NCBI GenBank assembly: GCA_031178065.1
Contig: JAPSJS010000012.1
Coordinates: 2,399-66,398 of the forward strand
From: Altererythrobacter sp.
Lineage (GTDB): Bacteria > Pseudomonadota > Alphaproteobacteria > Sphingomonadales > Sphingomonadaceae
Reading direction: 5' to 3'
Length of the DNA stretch: 64,000 bases
Below the pieces are notes generated by a model. That model saw nothing but the letters and a program-made list of their open reading frames with translations. It made no database searches and was not told the DNA's origin. Both the position numbers and the translations under genes were made by a program. Shown here in pieces: positions 1 through 9,837 of this stretch (positions are counted from its first letter, which is position 1; each line of letters starts with the position of its first letter).

Positions 1-8
1 TTTCAGAC

Positions 9-575
9 ATGGGTATCATTGGCAGCACGATCCAGCCGTTCAAGGCGACCGCCTTCCAGAAGGGCAAGGACTTCTTCGAAGTTTCGGAAAAGGACCTCGA
101 GGGCAAGTGGGCCGTGTTCTTCTTCTATCCGGCCGACTTCACGTTCGTCTGCCCGACCGAGCTCGAAGATCTCGGCGAGAAGTATCACATGCTCCAGCAG
201 ATGGGCGTCGACGTCTATGCCGTGAGCACCGACACGCACTTCAGCCACAAGGCCTGGCATGACACGTCGGAGAAGATCGGCAAGCTCGAATACGCCTTCC
301 TCGGCGACCAGAACCACATCCTCACCAACAACTTCGGCGTGCTGCGCGAAGGCGCCGGCCTGGCCGACCGTGCGACGTTCGTGGTCGATCCCGACGGCGT
401 GATCCAGATCATGGAGATCACCTGCGAAGGCGTCGGCCGCAATGCCAACGAGCTGACCCGCAAGATCAAGGCCGCGCAGTATGTCCGCGCGAACCCGGGC
501 CAGGTCTGCCCGGCGGCGTGGGAAGAAGGCGGCGACACGCTGGCCCCCTCGCTCGACCTCGTCGGCAAGCTCTAA
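9..575 (+). CDS. ahpC: Alkyl hydroperoxide reductase subunit C (2-Cys peroxiredoxin)
   Basis: 188 aa, full length. Motifs [16 protein letters not shown] and C-terminal EVCPAxW...[10 protein letters not shown] are typical of AhpC. Followed by ahpF. Confidence 0.95.
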   Translation: MGIIGSTIQPFKATAFQKGKDFFEVSEKDLEGKWAVFFFYPADFTFVCPTELEDLGEKYHMLQQMGVDVYAVSTDTHFSHKAWHDTSEKIGKLEYAFLGDQNHILTNNFGVLREGAGLADRATFVVDPDGVIQIMEITCEGVGRNANELTRKIKAAQYVRANPGQVCPAAWEEGGDTLAPSLDLVGKL

Positions 576-597
576 GGTTAGCCACCGAACACAGGAA

Positions 598-662
598 CCC
601 GGGCTTCGGCCCGGGTCACGTGGAAGGCCCGGGGCACCTCCCCCCCTCCCCCGCCCCGGGCC
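598..662 (+). promoter_or_regulatory. Two GC-rich stem-loops in the ahpC-ahpF spacer (possible partial terminator/attenuator)
   Basis: CCCGGGC-TTCG-GCCCGGG (598-615). GGCCCGGGG...CCCCGGGCC (626-662). No clear T-tract. Confidence 0.35.
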
Positions 663-824
663 TTCATACGCCGCCGCCTCCCACCATTGCGGGGAGCGCG
701 AGCGACGAAGCAATCCATGGTCCGGCCGCGCCGGTGCCGCGCCGGCAACAGGCGCGTTCGATGGATTGCCCGCCGCCTTCTCGGCGGCTCGCAATGACGA
801 CTTACCGAAATCAGGAGTTCATCC

Positions 825-2411
825 ATGCTCGACACCGCGATGAAGCAGCAGCTCAAGCAATACCTCGCCAATCTGCGCGAGCCGATCGAGCTCATCGCCT
901 CACTCGGCGACGACGCGAAGTCGGGTGAGACGCGCGCGCTCCTGACCGAGATCGCCGAGCTGCACGAGCATGTGTCCGCCCAATTCGATGGCACCGATGC
1001 GCGCACGCCCAGCTTCATCATCCGCCGCGCGTCCGACGCCGAGAAGTGGGTCCGCTTCGCAGGGCTCCCTATGGGCCACGAGTTCACCTCGCTGGTGCTC
1101 GCGCTGCTCTGGGCCGGCGGCCATCCGCCCAAGGTCGATGCCGAAACGATCGAGGCGATCGAACGGCTCGAGGGCGACTACAACTTCGAGATGTATTTCT
1201 CGCTGAGCTGCCATAACTGCCCCGACGTGGTGCAGGCGCTCACGCTGATGGCGCTGCTCAACCCGCGCATTACGGCGACGCTGATCGAAGGCGGCACGTT
1301 CAAGGACGAGGTCGAGGCGCGCGATGTGATGGCCGTGCCCGCAACGTTCCTCAATGGCGAGCCGTTCTTCAACGGCAAGATGAGCCTGGAGGACATGCTG
1401 GCGAAGCTCGACACCGGCGCAGGCGAACGACAGGCGGCCAAGCTGGCCGAGAAGGAGCCGTTCGAGGTGCTCGTGGTCGGCGGCGGCCCCGCCGGCGCCT
1501 CGGCCGCGATCTACACCGCGCGCAAGGGCTTCAGCACCGGCGTCGCGGCCGAGCGCTTCGGGGGGCAGCTGCACGACACGCTCGGGATCGAGAACCTGAC
1601 CGGCACGACCTATACCGAGGGCCCGAAACTCGCTGCGCAGCTCGAAAGCCACGTCGGCGAGTACGAGATCGACCTGATGGACCGCCTGCAGGCGGAAAGG
1701 CTGATCCCCGCGACGGAGCTGGGCGCGCTGCACGAAGTCGTGTTCGCCAACGGCGCCTCGCTCAAGACGCGTTCGTTAATCCTCGCGACCGGCGCACGCT
1801 GGCGCAACCTCGGCGTGCCGGGCGAGGCCGAATATCGCAACAAGGGCGTGGCCTACTGCCCGCACTGCGACGGCCCACTGTTCAAGGGCAAGCGCATCGC
1901 GGTGATCGGGGGCGGCAACTCTGGCGTCGAGGCGGCGATCGACCTCGCCAAGATCGTCGATCACGTCACCGTGATCGAGTTCGACACCAAGTTGCGTGCC
2001 GACGAAGTGCTGCAGGCCAAGCTGCGCAGCATGGGCAACGTCGAGGTGTTCACCAATGCGCAGACGACCGAGATCACCGGCGACGGCACCCGCGTGAACG
2101 GCCTCGTCTACAAGGACCGCGCGAGCGGCGAGGAGCATCGTGTCGATCTCGCCGGGGTGTTCGTCCAGATCGGTCTCGTGCCCAACACCGAATGGCTCAA
2201 GGACAGCGGCCTCGCGCTGAGCAAGTTCGGGGAGATCGAAATCGACGGCGACGCGGCCACCAACCTGCCCGGCGTCTTCGCCGCGGGCGACTGCACGACC
2301 GTGCCTTACAAGCAGATCGTGATCGCGATGGGCGAAGGCTCCAAGGCGGCATTGAGCGCCTTCGATTACCTGATCCGCAACGAACCCGTGGAGGTGGCGC
2401 AGGCGGCCTGA
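825..2411 (+). CDS. ahpF: Alkyl hydroperoxide reductase subunit F
   Basis: 528 aa. N-terminal thioredoxin-like fold with CHNC. FAD/NAD(P) reductase part with GGGPAG and CPHCDG. SD CAGGAG 8 nt upstream of the ATG. Confidence 0.95.
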   Translation: MLDTAMKQQLKQYLANLREPIELIASLGDDAKSGETRALLTEIAELHEHVSAQFDGTDARTPSFIIRRASDAEKWVRFAGLPMGHEFTSLVLALLWAGGHPPKVDAETIEAIERLEGDYNFEMYFSLSCHNCPDVVQALTLMALLNPRITATLIEGGTFKDEVEARDVMAVPATFLNGEPFFNGKMSLEDMLAKLDTGAGERQAAKLAEKEPFEVLVVGGGPAGASAAIYTARKGFSTGVAAERFGGQLHDTLGIENLTGTTYTEGPKLAAQLESHVGEYEIDLMDRLQAERLIPATELGALHEVVFANGASLKTRSLILATGARWRNLGVPGEAEYRNKGVAYCPHCDGPLFKGKRIAVIGGGNSGVEAAIDLAKIVDHVTVIEFDTKLRADEVLQAKLRSMGNVEVFTNAQTTEITGDGTRVNGLVYKDRASGEEHRVDLAGVFVQIGLVPNTEWLKDSGLALSKFGEIEIDGDAATNLPGVFAAGDCTTVPYKQIVIAMGEGSKAALSAFDYLIRNEPVEVAQAA

Positions 2412-2472
2412 CCCCCAGCAGCCTTCCCGTCCGAGGAGGGGAACGCCTTCCCTCGCCGTCGAGGTCGCCGCC

Positions 2473-3054
2473 TCACCTCCGCCGCTTCAGCACCAGGTAA
2501 AGCGCACCCTCGCCTCCGTGGCGGCGGTGCGCTTTTCGTATGGCGGCGATGTCGGAACCATGCGGGCCCGCGGCGAGCCAGTCGAGGATCTTCGCCCGGA
2601 TCGCGCCGCGGCGGTTGCCGCGGTCCGCGGCGTCCACCGGCCGCGGCTTGCCGGCAATCAGCAGGATCACGCGCGCGCCCATCGCCTTGGCCTGGAACAG
2701 GCCGCTCTCCAGCCGCGCGTGCGCCGCGTCGAGCGTGTGCCCGTGCAGATCGAGAGTGAAGTCGGGCGCCACGCTGCCCGCCTTGAAGCGCCGCTCCCAA
2801 TGCGAGTCGAGCCCATCCTCCACCTTGGCGGGAGGGGCACTGGCCGGAGGCTGCTGGGGAGGCGCGGGCCGCGTTCCGGACGCCGGCGGCTTGGCGGACT
2901 TGGCCGGCGGTTTCGGAGGCGCTTTGGCCGGAGGCTTCGGGTCAGCGGGCACGGTTCCTGCCCGGGGGCGGAGAGGGTGCAACGGCGTCACCGTGGCGGC
3001 CAGGCGTTCCCATGCCGCCTTCTCCGCCTCGCTCAATCCCCGCGGGGCGCTCAT
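2473..3054 (-). CDS. Smr domain protein with Pro/Ala/Lys-rich linker
   Basis: C-terminal DLHGHTLDAAH...GEGALYLVLK is an Smr domain. I chose the start at MSAPRGL (ATG 3054), which overlaps the mltA stop by 4 nt (ATGA). Confidence 0.8.
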   Translation of the reverse strand: MSAPRGLSEAEKAAWERLAATVTPLHPLRPRAGTVPADPKPPAKAPPKPPAKSAKPPASGTRPAPPQQPPASAPPAKVEDGLDSHWERRFKAGSVAPDFTLDLHGHTLDAAHARLESGLFQAKAMGARVILLIAGKPRPVDAADRGNRRGAIRAKILDWLAAGPHGSDIAAIRKAHRRHGGEGALYLVLKRRR

Positions 3055-4241
3055 CGCCCGTTGAGGCGCGCGACGGTTCCCTTCGGCAGCAGCACCAGCG
3101 CCTGGCCGCGCGCGCTCATGCCGCCGGCGATCCGACGCGCATCCTCGCCCGCGCCCCAGAACGTGTCGAAGCGGTTCGCACCCTTGATCGCGCCGCCGGT
3201 GTCCTGCGCCACCCATAGGCCGCCCGCCTCCGGCCGGTCGACTTCGAGCCAGACCGGCGCGCCATAGGGAACGAAGGCGGGATCGACCGCGACCGAGCTT
3301 TCGCGCCGCACCGGCACGCCGAGCGAGCCCAGCGGCCCATCGCCCGTCAGTTCCTGGAAGAAGATCCAGCTCTTGTTGAGCCGCATCAGCTCGCGGCCTT
3401 CTTCTGGGTTCTCGCGAATATAGGCCATAATGCCCTGCATCGAGCCCGAGTACTGGCCCGGCCCATCGCCGATCAGCCCGCGTTCGCGCATGACGCTGCC
3501 GATGCCGACATACTCGCGCCCGCTCTGCCCGGCATAGCCGATACGCATGACGCTGCCGTCGGGTGCGATCAGGCGGCCGGAGCCCTGGATCTGGAGAAAG
3601 AAGAACTCGACCGGATCGGCCACCCAGGCGATCTCCAGCCCGCGGCCTGCGAGCGCCCCAGCCTCAATCTGCGCTCGATCGTAGTAGAGCACGAAATCGC
3701 CGTTCTCATCGTAACGGCCGAGCGGCGGACGGCCGGTGCGCTCGCTCTCCGGCACGTCCTCAGACCATGCGCGGACGAGGTCGGGCGGCATGGCGTAGAC
3801 GGGCACATCGTAGCCGGGGAGACGCGTGCGGCTGCCGCGGATCTCGGGTTCGAAGTAGCCGGTAGCAAAGGCCGCGCCGTCGCCGACGCGGGCGGTTTCG
3901 AAGTACTGCTGGAAGAATTCCTGCCCGCGGCCTTGCGGCCAGGTGTTCGCTGCGTCGCAGGCCGGACGCCAATCGTCCGGACGGGTCAGGCCGCTCGCGT
4001 CTGGGCGGGTCAGCAGCCAGCGGCAGCTTTCGCGGAACGAGGCGAGCGCAGTACCCGCATCGGCAGCGCGAAGACCGAGTGAGCCGATGTTCGGACCGGC
4101 GGCGACTCCGGCAAGGGCGGCGCTGGTCATCCCGGCGGGCGGTGCGGCAGGCGGCCCGGATGGGCGCGGTCCGGTGCCCGGAGGCACGATCGTGCAGCCG
4201 GTCATCAGGGCCAGCGCGGCCACTATCCCCCAGCGACGCAT
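3051..4241 (-). CDS. mltA: Membrane-bound lytic murein transglycosylase A (lipoprotein)
   Basis: MltA-like motifs (GYFEPE, FFFLQIQGSGRL, DTGGAIKG). I chose the start at MRRWGIVAALALMTGC, which gives a signal peptide plus lipobox. Confidence 0.85.
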   Translation of the reverse strand: MRRWGIVAALALMTGCTIVPPGTGPRPSGPPAAPPAGMTSAALAGVAAGPNIGSLGLRAADAGTALASFRESCRWLLTRPDASGLTRPDDWRPACDAANTWPQGRGQEFFQQYFETARVGDGAAFATGYFEPEIRGSRTRLPGYDVPVYAMPPDLVRAWSEDVPESERTGRPPLGRYDENGDFVLYYDRAQIEAGALAGRGLEIAWVADPVEFFFLQIQGSGRLIAPDGSVMRIGYAGQSGREYVGIGSVMRERGLIGDGPGQYSGSMQGIMAYIRENPEEGRELMRLNKSWIFFQELTGDGPLGSLGVPVRRESSVAVDPAFVPYGAPVWLEVDRPEAGGLWVAQDTGGAIKGANRFDTFWGAGEDARRIAGGMSARGQALVLLPKGTVARLNGR

Positions 4242-4269
4242 GGCCGGTCTCTCCCCTTTATGCCTGAAA

Positions 4270-4962
4270 TCAGCCCTCGTCGGTCTCGTCGAGCAGCCAG
4301 TCCGGATTGGGCGAGTCGACCATGCGGCTGAAAGTCCACACGTCGCGGCTCTCGATCGCATCGTCGAGCGATCCGGCGATCATGTTACCCTCGCTGTCGC
4401 GGGTGACCGCGGCAATGTCGGAGACGAAGTTCACCGCGATCCGCGCCCGCCCGCCGTCGAGCGAGGCGCTATGAATCGTCGCGTCCTCGATCCGGATGAG
4501 GCGGTTGTCGAGCGTCTCGCCCGCTTCCTCCCGCGCCGTGATCGCCCCGTCGAACCCGGCGTAGACGTCGTCGTCGCACAGCTCCCGCAGCGTCTCGCGG
4601 TCGCCCTTCCAGAACGCCTCGAGCACCATGGCATAGGCGCCCTTGGCCCCTTCGAGGAAGGCCGTAAGGTCGAAATAGCGGTCGGCGGCGGCAATCTCCT
4701 GCACCCCGCGCTCGACCGCCGGGACCACGCCCGCGGGGCGCGGCGGCGGCGCGTTCTGGCGGTGCACCGGCGCGGCGGCGTGGGGCGCGGCCTGCTTGCC
4801 CTTGTCGAACCGCGTCGGAATCGGCTCCTCCTCGTGCTCGGCACGGCGGCCGAGAACCGAATAGAGTCGCATGCCAAGGAAGGCGGCGATCATGGCGAGG
4901 ATAACGATTTCGTAGATCACAGATGCTGTCCGTTTGCGTAGCGGGGCGGCCAGATGCCGCAC
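4270..4962 (-). CDS. Tim44-like domain protein (N-terminal TM)
   Basis: N-terminal TM segment, then FLEGAKGAYAMVLEAFWKGD...WTFSR, a Tim44-like C-terminal domain. Divergent from secB, as is usual in alphaproteobacteria. Start uncertain: GTG 4962, GTG 4920 or ATG 4893. Confidence 0.75.
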   Translation of the reverse strand: MRHLAAPLRKRTASVIYEIVILAMIAAFLGMRLYSVLGRRAEHEEEPIPTRFDKGKQAAPHAAAPVHRQNAPPPRPAGVVPAVERGVQEIAAADRYFDLTAFLEGAKGAYAMVLEAFWKGDRETLRELCDDDVYAGFDGAITAREEAGETLDNRLIRIEDATIHSASLDGGRARIAVNFVSDIAAVTRDSEGNMIAGSLDDAIESRDVWTFSRMVDSPNPDWLLDETDEG

Positions 4963-5151
4963 GCGGTCAATCGTGCCCTAGATAGTGGCAAAATACAAAT
5001 GGACAACGCGTATCGCCCCGTCTGCGATCCGGCCTGCCTCGTGCCGCAAGCGTGAGTTGCGGCACCGCGCGCGCGGTGCTAGGCGCGCGGGCCAAGGCTC
5101 GCCCTGCCGGGCGGGCGCTCCGTACCATTCTCGACGAAAGCGTATTCCATC

Positions 5152-5682
5152 ATGGCCGACGAAGGCGACGTTCTCACCGATCTCGATCTCGATCCCGCAC
5201 CCAACGGCAACGGTGCGGACACGCTTCCCGCCGCCGGGATCATCGCGCAGTACGTCAAGGACATGTCCGTCGAAGTGCCCAACGCGCCCGAGTGCTTCCA
5301 GTGGAAGGACACGCCGCAGGTCGACGTGCAGTTCAACATCGCCGCGCGCCAGATCAGCGACGAGGTCCATGAGGTCGAGCTCAAGATCAACGCCACCGCC
5401 AAGGCGGAACAGGGCAACGTGTTCCTGGTAGAAGTCGCCTATTGCGGCCTCCTCGGCATGCGCAACCTGCCCGAGGATCAGGCGCATGCGTTCCTCTATT
5501 CGGAAGCGCCGCGCCTGCTGTTCCCCTTCGCCCGCCGCATCCTGGCCGATGCCAGCCGCGACGCCGGTCAGCAGCCGCTGATGATCGACCCGATCGACTT
5601 CAACGGCCTCTACACGCAGCGCCTGCAGCAGAAGCAGCAGGAAGAAGCCGCTGCGGGCGGTACGCCGGCGGGCGAGGCCTGA
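5152..5682 (+). CDS. secB: Protein-export chaperone SecB
   Basis: 176 aa. QYVKDMSVEVPNAP...LLFPFARRILADASRDAG...PLMIDPIDF matches SecB. Confidence 0.9.
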   Translation: MADEGDVLTDLDLDPAPNGNGADTLPAAGIIAQYVKDMSVEVPNAPECFQWKDTPQVDVQFNIAARQISDEVHEVELKINATAKAEQGNVFLVEVAYCGLLGMRNLPEDQAHAFLYSEAPRLLFPFARRILADASRDAGQQPLMIDPIDFNGLYTQRLQQKQQEEAAAGGTPAGEA

Positions 5683-5728
5683 GCTTCCGCGCCCCTCCCA
5701 ACGAAGTAGCGGGAAGGGTACGGGTAGC

Positions 5729-7300
5729 ATGAGCCTGCTCAAGAACGTCGGGACGATCGGGGGGCTGACCATGGTCAGCCGCCTGTTCGGCTTCGTGCGC
5801 GACATGCTGCTCGCGCGGGCGCTCGGCGCAGGCGGTGTGGCCGACGCCTGGCAGCTCGCCTTCCAGCTCCCCAACATCTTCCGTCGCCTGTTCGCCGAAG
5901 GCGCCTTCGCGAGCGCCTTCGTGCCGCTGTTCAACCGGCGCATGGCAGGCCGCGACGACCTCTCCGAAGCGCGCCGCTTCGCGGAGGAAGTGCTCGCCTT
6001 CCTCATCCCGGTGCTGATCGTGTTCGGCGCGCTGGCGCTGATCGCGATGCCGTGGATCGCCGGCCTGTTCGCCAACGAGGGGATCGAGGGCAACCCGGAG
6101 CTGTTCGATCTTGCCGTGCTGATGGCGCGGATCACCTTCCCCTATCTCGCCTTCATGAGCCTCGCGACGCTGTTCGCCGCCGTGCTCAACTCGCTCTCGC
6201 GCTTTGCCGCCGCCGCCGCGGCGCCGATCCTGCTCAATCTGTGCATGATCGTCGCGCTGATTGCGGGCATGACGCTGGGCGAGGGGGTGGAGGCGCGGCG
6301 CGCGACGGGCGAGCTGCTCGCGGCCGCGGTCACCGTGTCGGGCGTGCTCCAACTCGTCTGGTTGTGGGTCTGGGCGCGCAAGGCGGGCTTCCGCATGCGC
6401 CTCGGCCGCCCGCGGATCACGCACGGGGTGAAGGAGCTCGGGATTCTGATCCTCCCGGCCGTGTTCGGCGCAGGCGTCTACCAGATCAGCCGCTTCATCG
6501 ACCTGTTCTTCCTCGCCACCCTGCCCGACGGGGCCTATACCTTCCTCGCAATGGGCGACCGGCTGAACCAGTTGCCGCTGGGGATCGTCGGCATCGCGCT
6601 CGGCACTGCGATCCTGCCCTCGCTCTCGCGCCATATCGCAGGTGCGGACCACGACGCGGCCCAGCGCCTGCAGTCGAACGCGATCGAGCTCGCCATGCTG
6701 CTCACCGTGCCGGCCGCGGTGGCGCTGTTCGTCACCGGCAGCGCCTTCACCCGCGCGTTCTACACCGGCGGCGCCTTCACCCTGTCCGACGCAATGGCGA
6801 CCGGCGCCGTCACCTCGGCGCTCGTCGTGGGCCTGCCCGCCTACGTGCTGATCAAGGTGCTGGTGCCCAACTACTTCGCGCGCAAGGACACGCGCACGCC
6901 GGTCTATACCGCGCTCGCCGGGCTCATGCTCAACATCGTGCTCAATTTCGTCCTCGTGCCCCGCCTGGGCGTCGTCGGGCTCGCGCTGGCGGGCTCCGCC
7001 GGGGCCTGGACCAACGTCGCGCTGCTCTACGCCCTGCTCGCGCGCAAGGGGCACTTCCGCATGACCGGGCGAGTCGCGTGGCGCATCGCACGGATTGCTC
7101 TCGCCGCCGCCCTGATGGGCGCGGCGCTGTGGTTCGCGATGCCCTGGGGCGCGGACTACTACGCCGGCGGCGTGCTCGAGCGGGTCGGATCGATCGCTGC
7201 ATTGGTCGCGACCGGCGGGGTCATCTACTTCGTCCTCGCCGCGCTGCTCGGCGTGCTCGACCGTGCCGCCATCGCACGGCTGATGCGCCGCGAGGGTTGA
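5729..7300 (+). CDS. murJ: Lipid II flippase MurJ (MviN)
   Basis: 523 aa polytopic protein. N-terminus MSLLKNVGTIGGLTMVSRLFGFVRD...FVPLF is typical of MurJ. Confidence 0.9.
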   Translation: MSLLKNVGTIGGLTMVSRLFGFVRDMLLARALGAGGVADAWQLAFQLPNIFRRLFAEGAFASAFVPLFNRRMAGRDDLSEARRFAEEVLAFLIPVLIVFGALALIAMPWIAGLFANEGIEGNPELFDLAVLMARITFPYLAFMSLATLFAAVLNSLSRFAAAAAAPILLNLCMIVALIAGMTLGEGVEARRATGELLAAAVTVSGVLQLVWLWVWARKAGFRMRLGRPRITHGVKELGILILPAVFGAGVYQISRFIDLFFLATLPDGAYTFLAMGDRLNQLPLGIVGIALGTAILPSLSRHIAGADHDAAQRLQSNAIELAMLLTVPAAVALFVTGSAFTRAFYTGGAFTLSDAMATGAVTSALVVGLPAYVLIKVLVPNYFARKDTRTPVYTALAGLMLNIVLNFVLVPRLGVVGLALAGSAGAWTNVALLYALLARKGHFRMTGRVAWRIARIALAAALMGAALWFAMPWGADYYAGGVLERVGSIAALVATGGVIYFVLAALLGVLDRAAIARLMRREG

Positions 7301-7358
7301 CATCGCGGGGCCGGGGCCGGAAGCGCTCCCCCTTCCTCACCCAAACAACAGGACCGTC

Positions 7359-8375
7359 ATGCGCGTCGTTTCCGGCATCCAGCCCACGGGCAATCTCCAC
7401 CTCGGCAACTACCTGGGGGCGATTCGCAACTGGGTGCGCATGCAGGACGAGTTGGAGGGCGGCAGCGAATGTCTGTTCTTCCTGGCGGACCTGCACGCGA
7501 TCTCGATGCCGCACGATCCGGCGGAGCTGCGCCGCGCGACACTGGAGATGGCAGCCGCGCTGGTCGCCTGCGGGATCGATCCGGATCGCTCGATCCTGTT
7601 CAACCAGGCGCAGGTCCCCGCCCATGCCGAGCTGCAATGGCTGCTCAACGGCACCGCGCGCATGGGCTGGCTGAACCGCATGACGCAGTTCAAGGACAAG
7701 AGCGGCAAGAATCGCGAAGGCGCCAGCGCCGCGCTGTTCACCTATCCGGTGCTGCAGGCGGCCGACGTGCTGCTCTACCAGACCACTCACGTGCCGGTGG
7801 GCGAGGACCAGAAGCAGCATCTGGAGCTCGCCCGCGACATCGCGCAGAAGTTCAACAACGATTTCGCCAGCGAGGCGGCGCCCGTCTTCACCCTGCCCGA
7901 TCCGATCACCCCGCCCGACGCGGTGCGGATCATGAGCCTGCGCGACGGGACCGCCAAGATGAGCAAATCCGACCCGAGCGAGATGAGCCGCATCAACCTG
8001 ACCGATGATGCCGACACGATCATGAAGAAGGTCAAAAAGGCCAAGACCGACGCCGAACCGCTGCCGTCCGAGGCAGCCGGGTTGGGCGGACGGCCCGAGG
8101 CCTACAACCTCGTCTCGATCTATGGCGCGCTGGCGGGCAGATCGGTCGACGCGGTGCTGGCCGAATTCGGCGGACAGGGCTTCGGCACATTCAAGCCGGC
8201 GCTGGGCGAACTGATGGTGGAGGTGATCGCACCGATTACCGAACGGTTCCGCGCGCTCCTGGAAGACCACGAGGCGCTCGATGCGATTCTCGCCAAGGGC
8301 GCGGCCAAGGCGCGCGAGCGCGGCGCGCCAACGCTCACCGCGACGTACGAAGCGCTCGGTCTCGTGCGGGGGTGA
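7359..8375 (+). CDS. trpS: Tryptophan--tRNA ligase
   Basis: 338 aa. SGIQPTGNLHLGNYLGA (HIGH-type motif) and KMSKS present. Confidence 0.95.
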   Translation: MRVVSGIQPTGNLHLGNYLGAIRNWVRMQDELEGGSECLFFLADLHAISMPHDPAELRRATLEMAAALVACGIDPDRSILFNQAQVPAHAELQWLLNGTARMGWLNRMTQFKDKSGKNREGASAALFTYPVLQAADVLLYQTTHVPVGEDQKQHLELARDIAQKFNNDFASEAAPVFTLPDPITPPDAVRIMSLRDGTAKMSKSDPSEMSRINLTDDADTIMKKVKKAKTDAEPLPSEAAGLGGRPEAYNLVSIYGALAGRSVDAVLAEFGGQGFGTFKPALGELMVEVIAPITERFRALLEDHEALDAILAKGAAKARERGAPTLTATYEALGLVRG

Positions 8376-8578
8376 GGGGCTCTTCCTGCATTCATTCCAA
8401 CGCGGGCAGAACGGACGCGTGGCAGCCGAACGTGTCTGATTTTCTTATGTTTTTGCTATTCCCTCATTCAATTCCCATTCAGCCCGCCTCCTTTACAACA
8501 CGCCTTATCGATGACAGCGTAGAGCCAGCGTGAGGGACGGTCGCGCTATGCGTTACTGCTTCCTAAGGGGATGATACG

Positions 8579-9289
8579 ATGAACACCCGCAAGAAAGGTT
8601 GGGGCCGCACCCTCAAGCTCGCCGCCGTGCCGGTGCTGCTCGCCGGCCTCGCCGCCTGCGCCACGCCGTTCAAGGCCGACGTGTCGCGCTTCCAGTCGCA
8701 GCTGCCTGCGCCGCAGGGCCAGACCTTCGCCGTCGTGGCGGACGATCCGGCGCTTGCCGGTGGTCTCGAGTTCGCTCGCTACGCCGACTATGTCGAGGCG
8801 GAGATGGAGCAGCTCGGCTATACCCAGACTTCGCCGGAGGACGCGACGCTGCTGGTCCGGTTCGACTACGGCGTGGACGGCGGGCGCGAGCGGATCCGCT
8901 CGACCCCGGGTTTCCGCGATCCGTTCTACGACCCGTGGTACGGCTTCTCGCGCCGACCGGTCTACGTCCGCACACCCGAAGGTTACCGCGTAGCCTACGT
9001 GCCGACGCGTTCGTGGGGTTATGGCTTCCACGATCCATGGTTCAGCGGGCCCGATATCCGCAGCTATACCGTCTACACCAGCGGCATCGAGCTGAAGATC
9101 GACCGCGCGGCGGACGGCGCACGGCTGTTCGAAGGCACGGCGGAAGCCGTTTCGACGTCGGACCGGCTGCAGTATCTCGTCCCCAACCTCGTCGACGCGA
9201 TGTTCACCGATTTCCCGGGCAATTCGGGCGAAACGGTGCGCATCTCGATCAAGCCTGAGGGCGAGACCACGGTGCGCCGGATCGACTGA
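8579..9289 (+). CDS. Lipoprotein, DUF4136-like (tentative family)
   Basis: Signal peptide plus lipobox LAGLAAC. High GC3. Followed by a strong terminator. The family call comes from memory of similar sphingomonad lipoproteins. Confidence 0.65.
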   Translation: MNTRKKGWGRTLKLAAVPVLLAGLAACATPFKADVSRFQSQLPAPQGQTFAVVADDPALAGGLEFARYADYVEAEMEQLGYTQTSPEDATLLVRFDYGVDGGRERIRSTPGFRDPFYDPWYGFSRRPVYVRTPEGYRVAYVPTRSWGYGFHDPWFSGPDIRSYTVYTSGIELKIDRAADGARLFEGTAEAVSTSDRLQYLVPNLVDAMFTDFPGNSGETVRISIKPEGETTVRRID

Positions 9290-9318
9290 TCCGGCCGCAC
9301 GCCAAGCGATCACCAAGG

Positions 9319-9352
9319 GGCGGGCCTGCGCGAGCAGGCCCGCCTTTTAATT
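9319..9352 (+). terminator. Rho-independent terminator after the lipoprotein gene
   Basis: GGCGGGCCTGC-GCGA-GCAGGCCCGCC followed by TTTTAATT. Confidence 0.75.
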
Positions 9353-9414
9353 GGGTGCCGCGCCGCCCGCACCTTGCCGCCCCGGCCTTGGGCGCTACAT
9401 CCGGCGCTGAAGCC

Positions 9415-9780
9415 ATGACCCTGTCACCGAACCTCCCTGCGATTCGCGCGCTCGCCGCCCTCCTGCTGGCGGTCATCGGCCTTCAGGCGGTGCCGGCGCA
9501 TCCGGTCGGCATCGAGCGACATCATGGCTCCGCCTTCGACATTTACTCGATCGACGTCGCGACCCCGGCGGCGCTGCGCACGGCGAGCGGGAGCGAAGTC
9601 CAGCGGTTCGAACCGCCGGCGCCGCCTCCGCCGATTCCCGCGATGCGTACCGCCAATCCGGCGGCCGCGCCGACGGCATCCTATGCACGAGCCGCATTGC
9701 CGGCACCGACCGGCCCGCCATCCCTGGCGCGCGAGCTCGCCAGCCTTTCACTGGCGCCGCGCGCGCCGCCTGTCGCCTGA
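9415..9780 (+). CDS. Hypothetical protein with N-terminal signal/TM segment and Pro/Ala-rich C-terminus
   Basis: MTLSPNLPAIRALAALLLAVIGLQAVPA hydrophobic N-terminus. High GC3. No recognisable domain. Confidence 0.4.
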   Translation: MTLSPNLPAIRALAALLLAVIGLQAVPAHPVGIERHHGSAFDIYSIDVATPAALRTASGSEVQRFEPPAPPPPIPAMRTANPAAAPTASYARAALPAPTGPPSLARELASLSLAPRAPPVA

Positions 9781-9837
9781 ACGTTCCCGCCTCGGCCACG
9801 GCGCCGACGACGACAAACGAACTATTTCAGGTGAATC

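Noticed and set aside
3-794. 263-aa minus-strand ORF covering ahpC and its spacer. The same type recurs in 5600-7303(-), 37890-40523(+), 41170-43056(-), 44478-45863(-), 57546-59948(-), 56189-58612(+), 12463-14103(-) and others.
   Set aside because: They lie antisense or out of frame to genes with unmistakable conserved motifs. They are Arg/Ala/Gly/Pro-rich with no domain signatures, which is the classic long-ORF artefact of about 65% GC DNA.
2820-2960. Repetitive PPAKAPPKPPAKSAKPPA-coding stretch in the Smr gene
   Set aside because: It is a low-complexity Pro/Ala/Lys linker within an intact ORF. It is not an independent repeat element.
8401-8440. Possible EcfG-type (GGAAC-N16/17-CGTT) or sigma54 (TGGCAC-N5-TTGC) promoter in AGAACGGACGCGTGGCAGCCGAACGTG
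   Set aside because: The key positions do not match: AGAAC...CGTG with the wrong spacing for EcfG, and no TTGC -12 element for sigma54.
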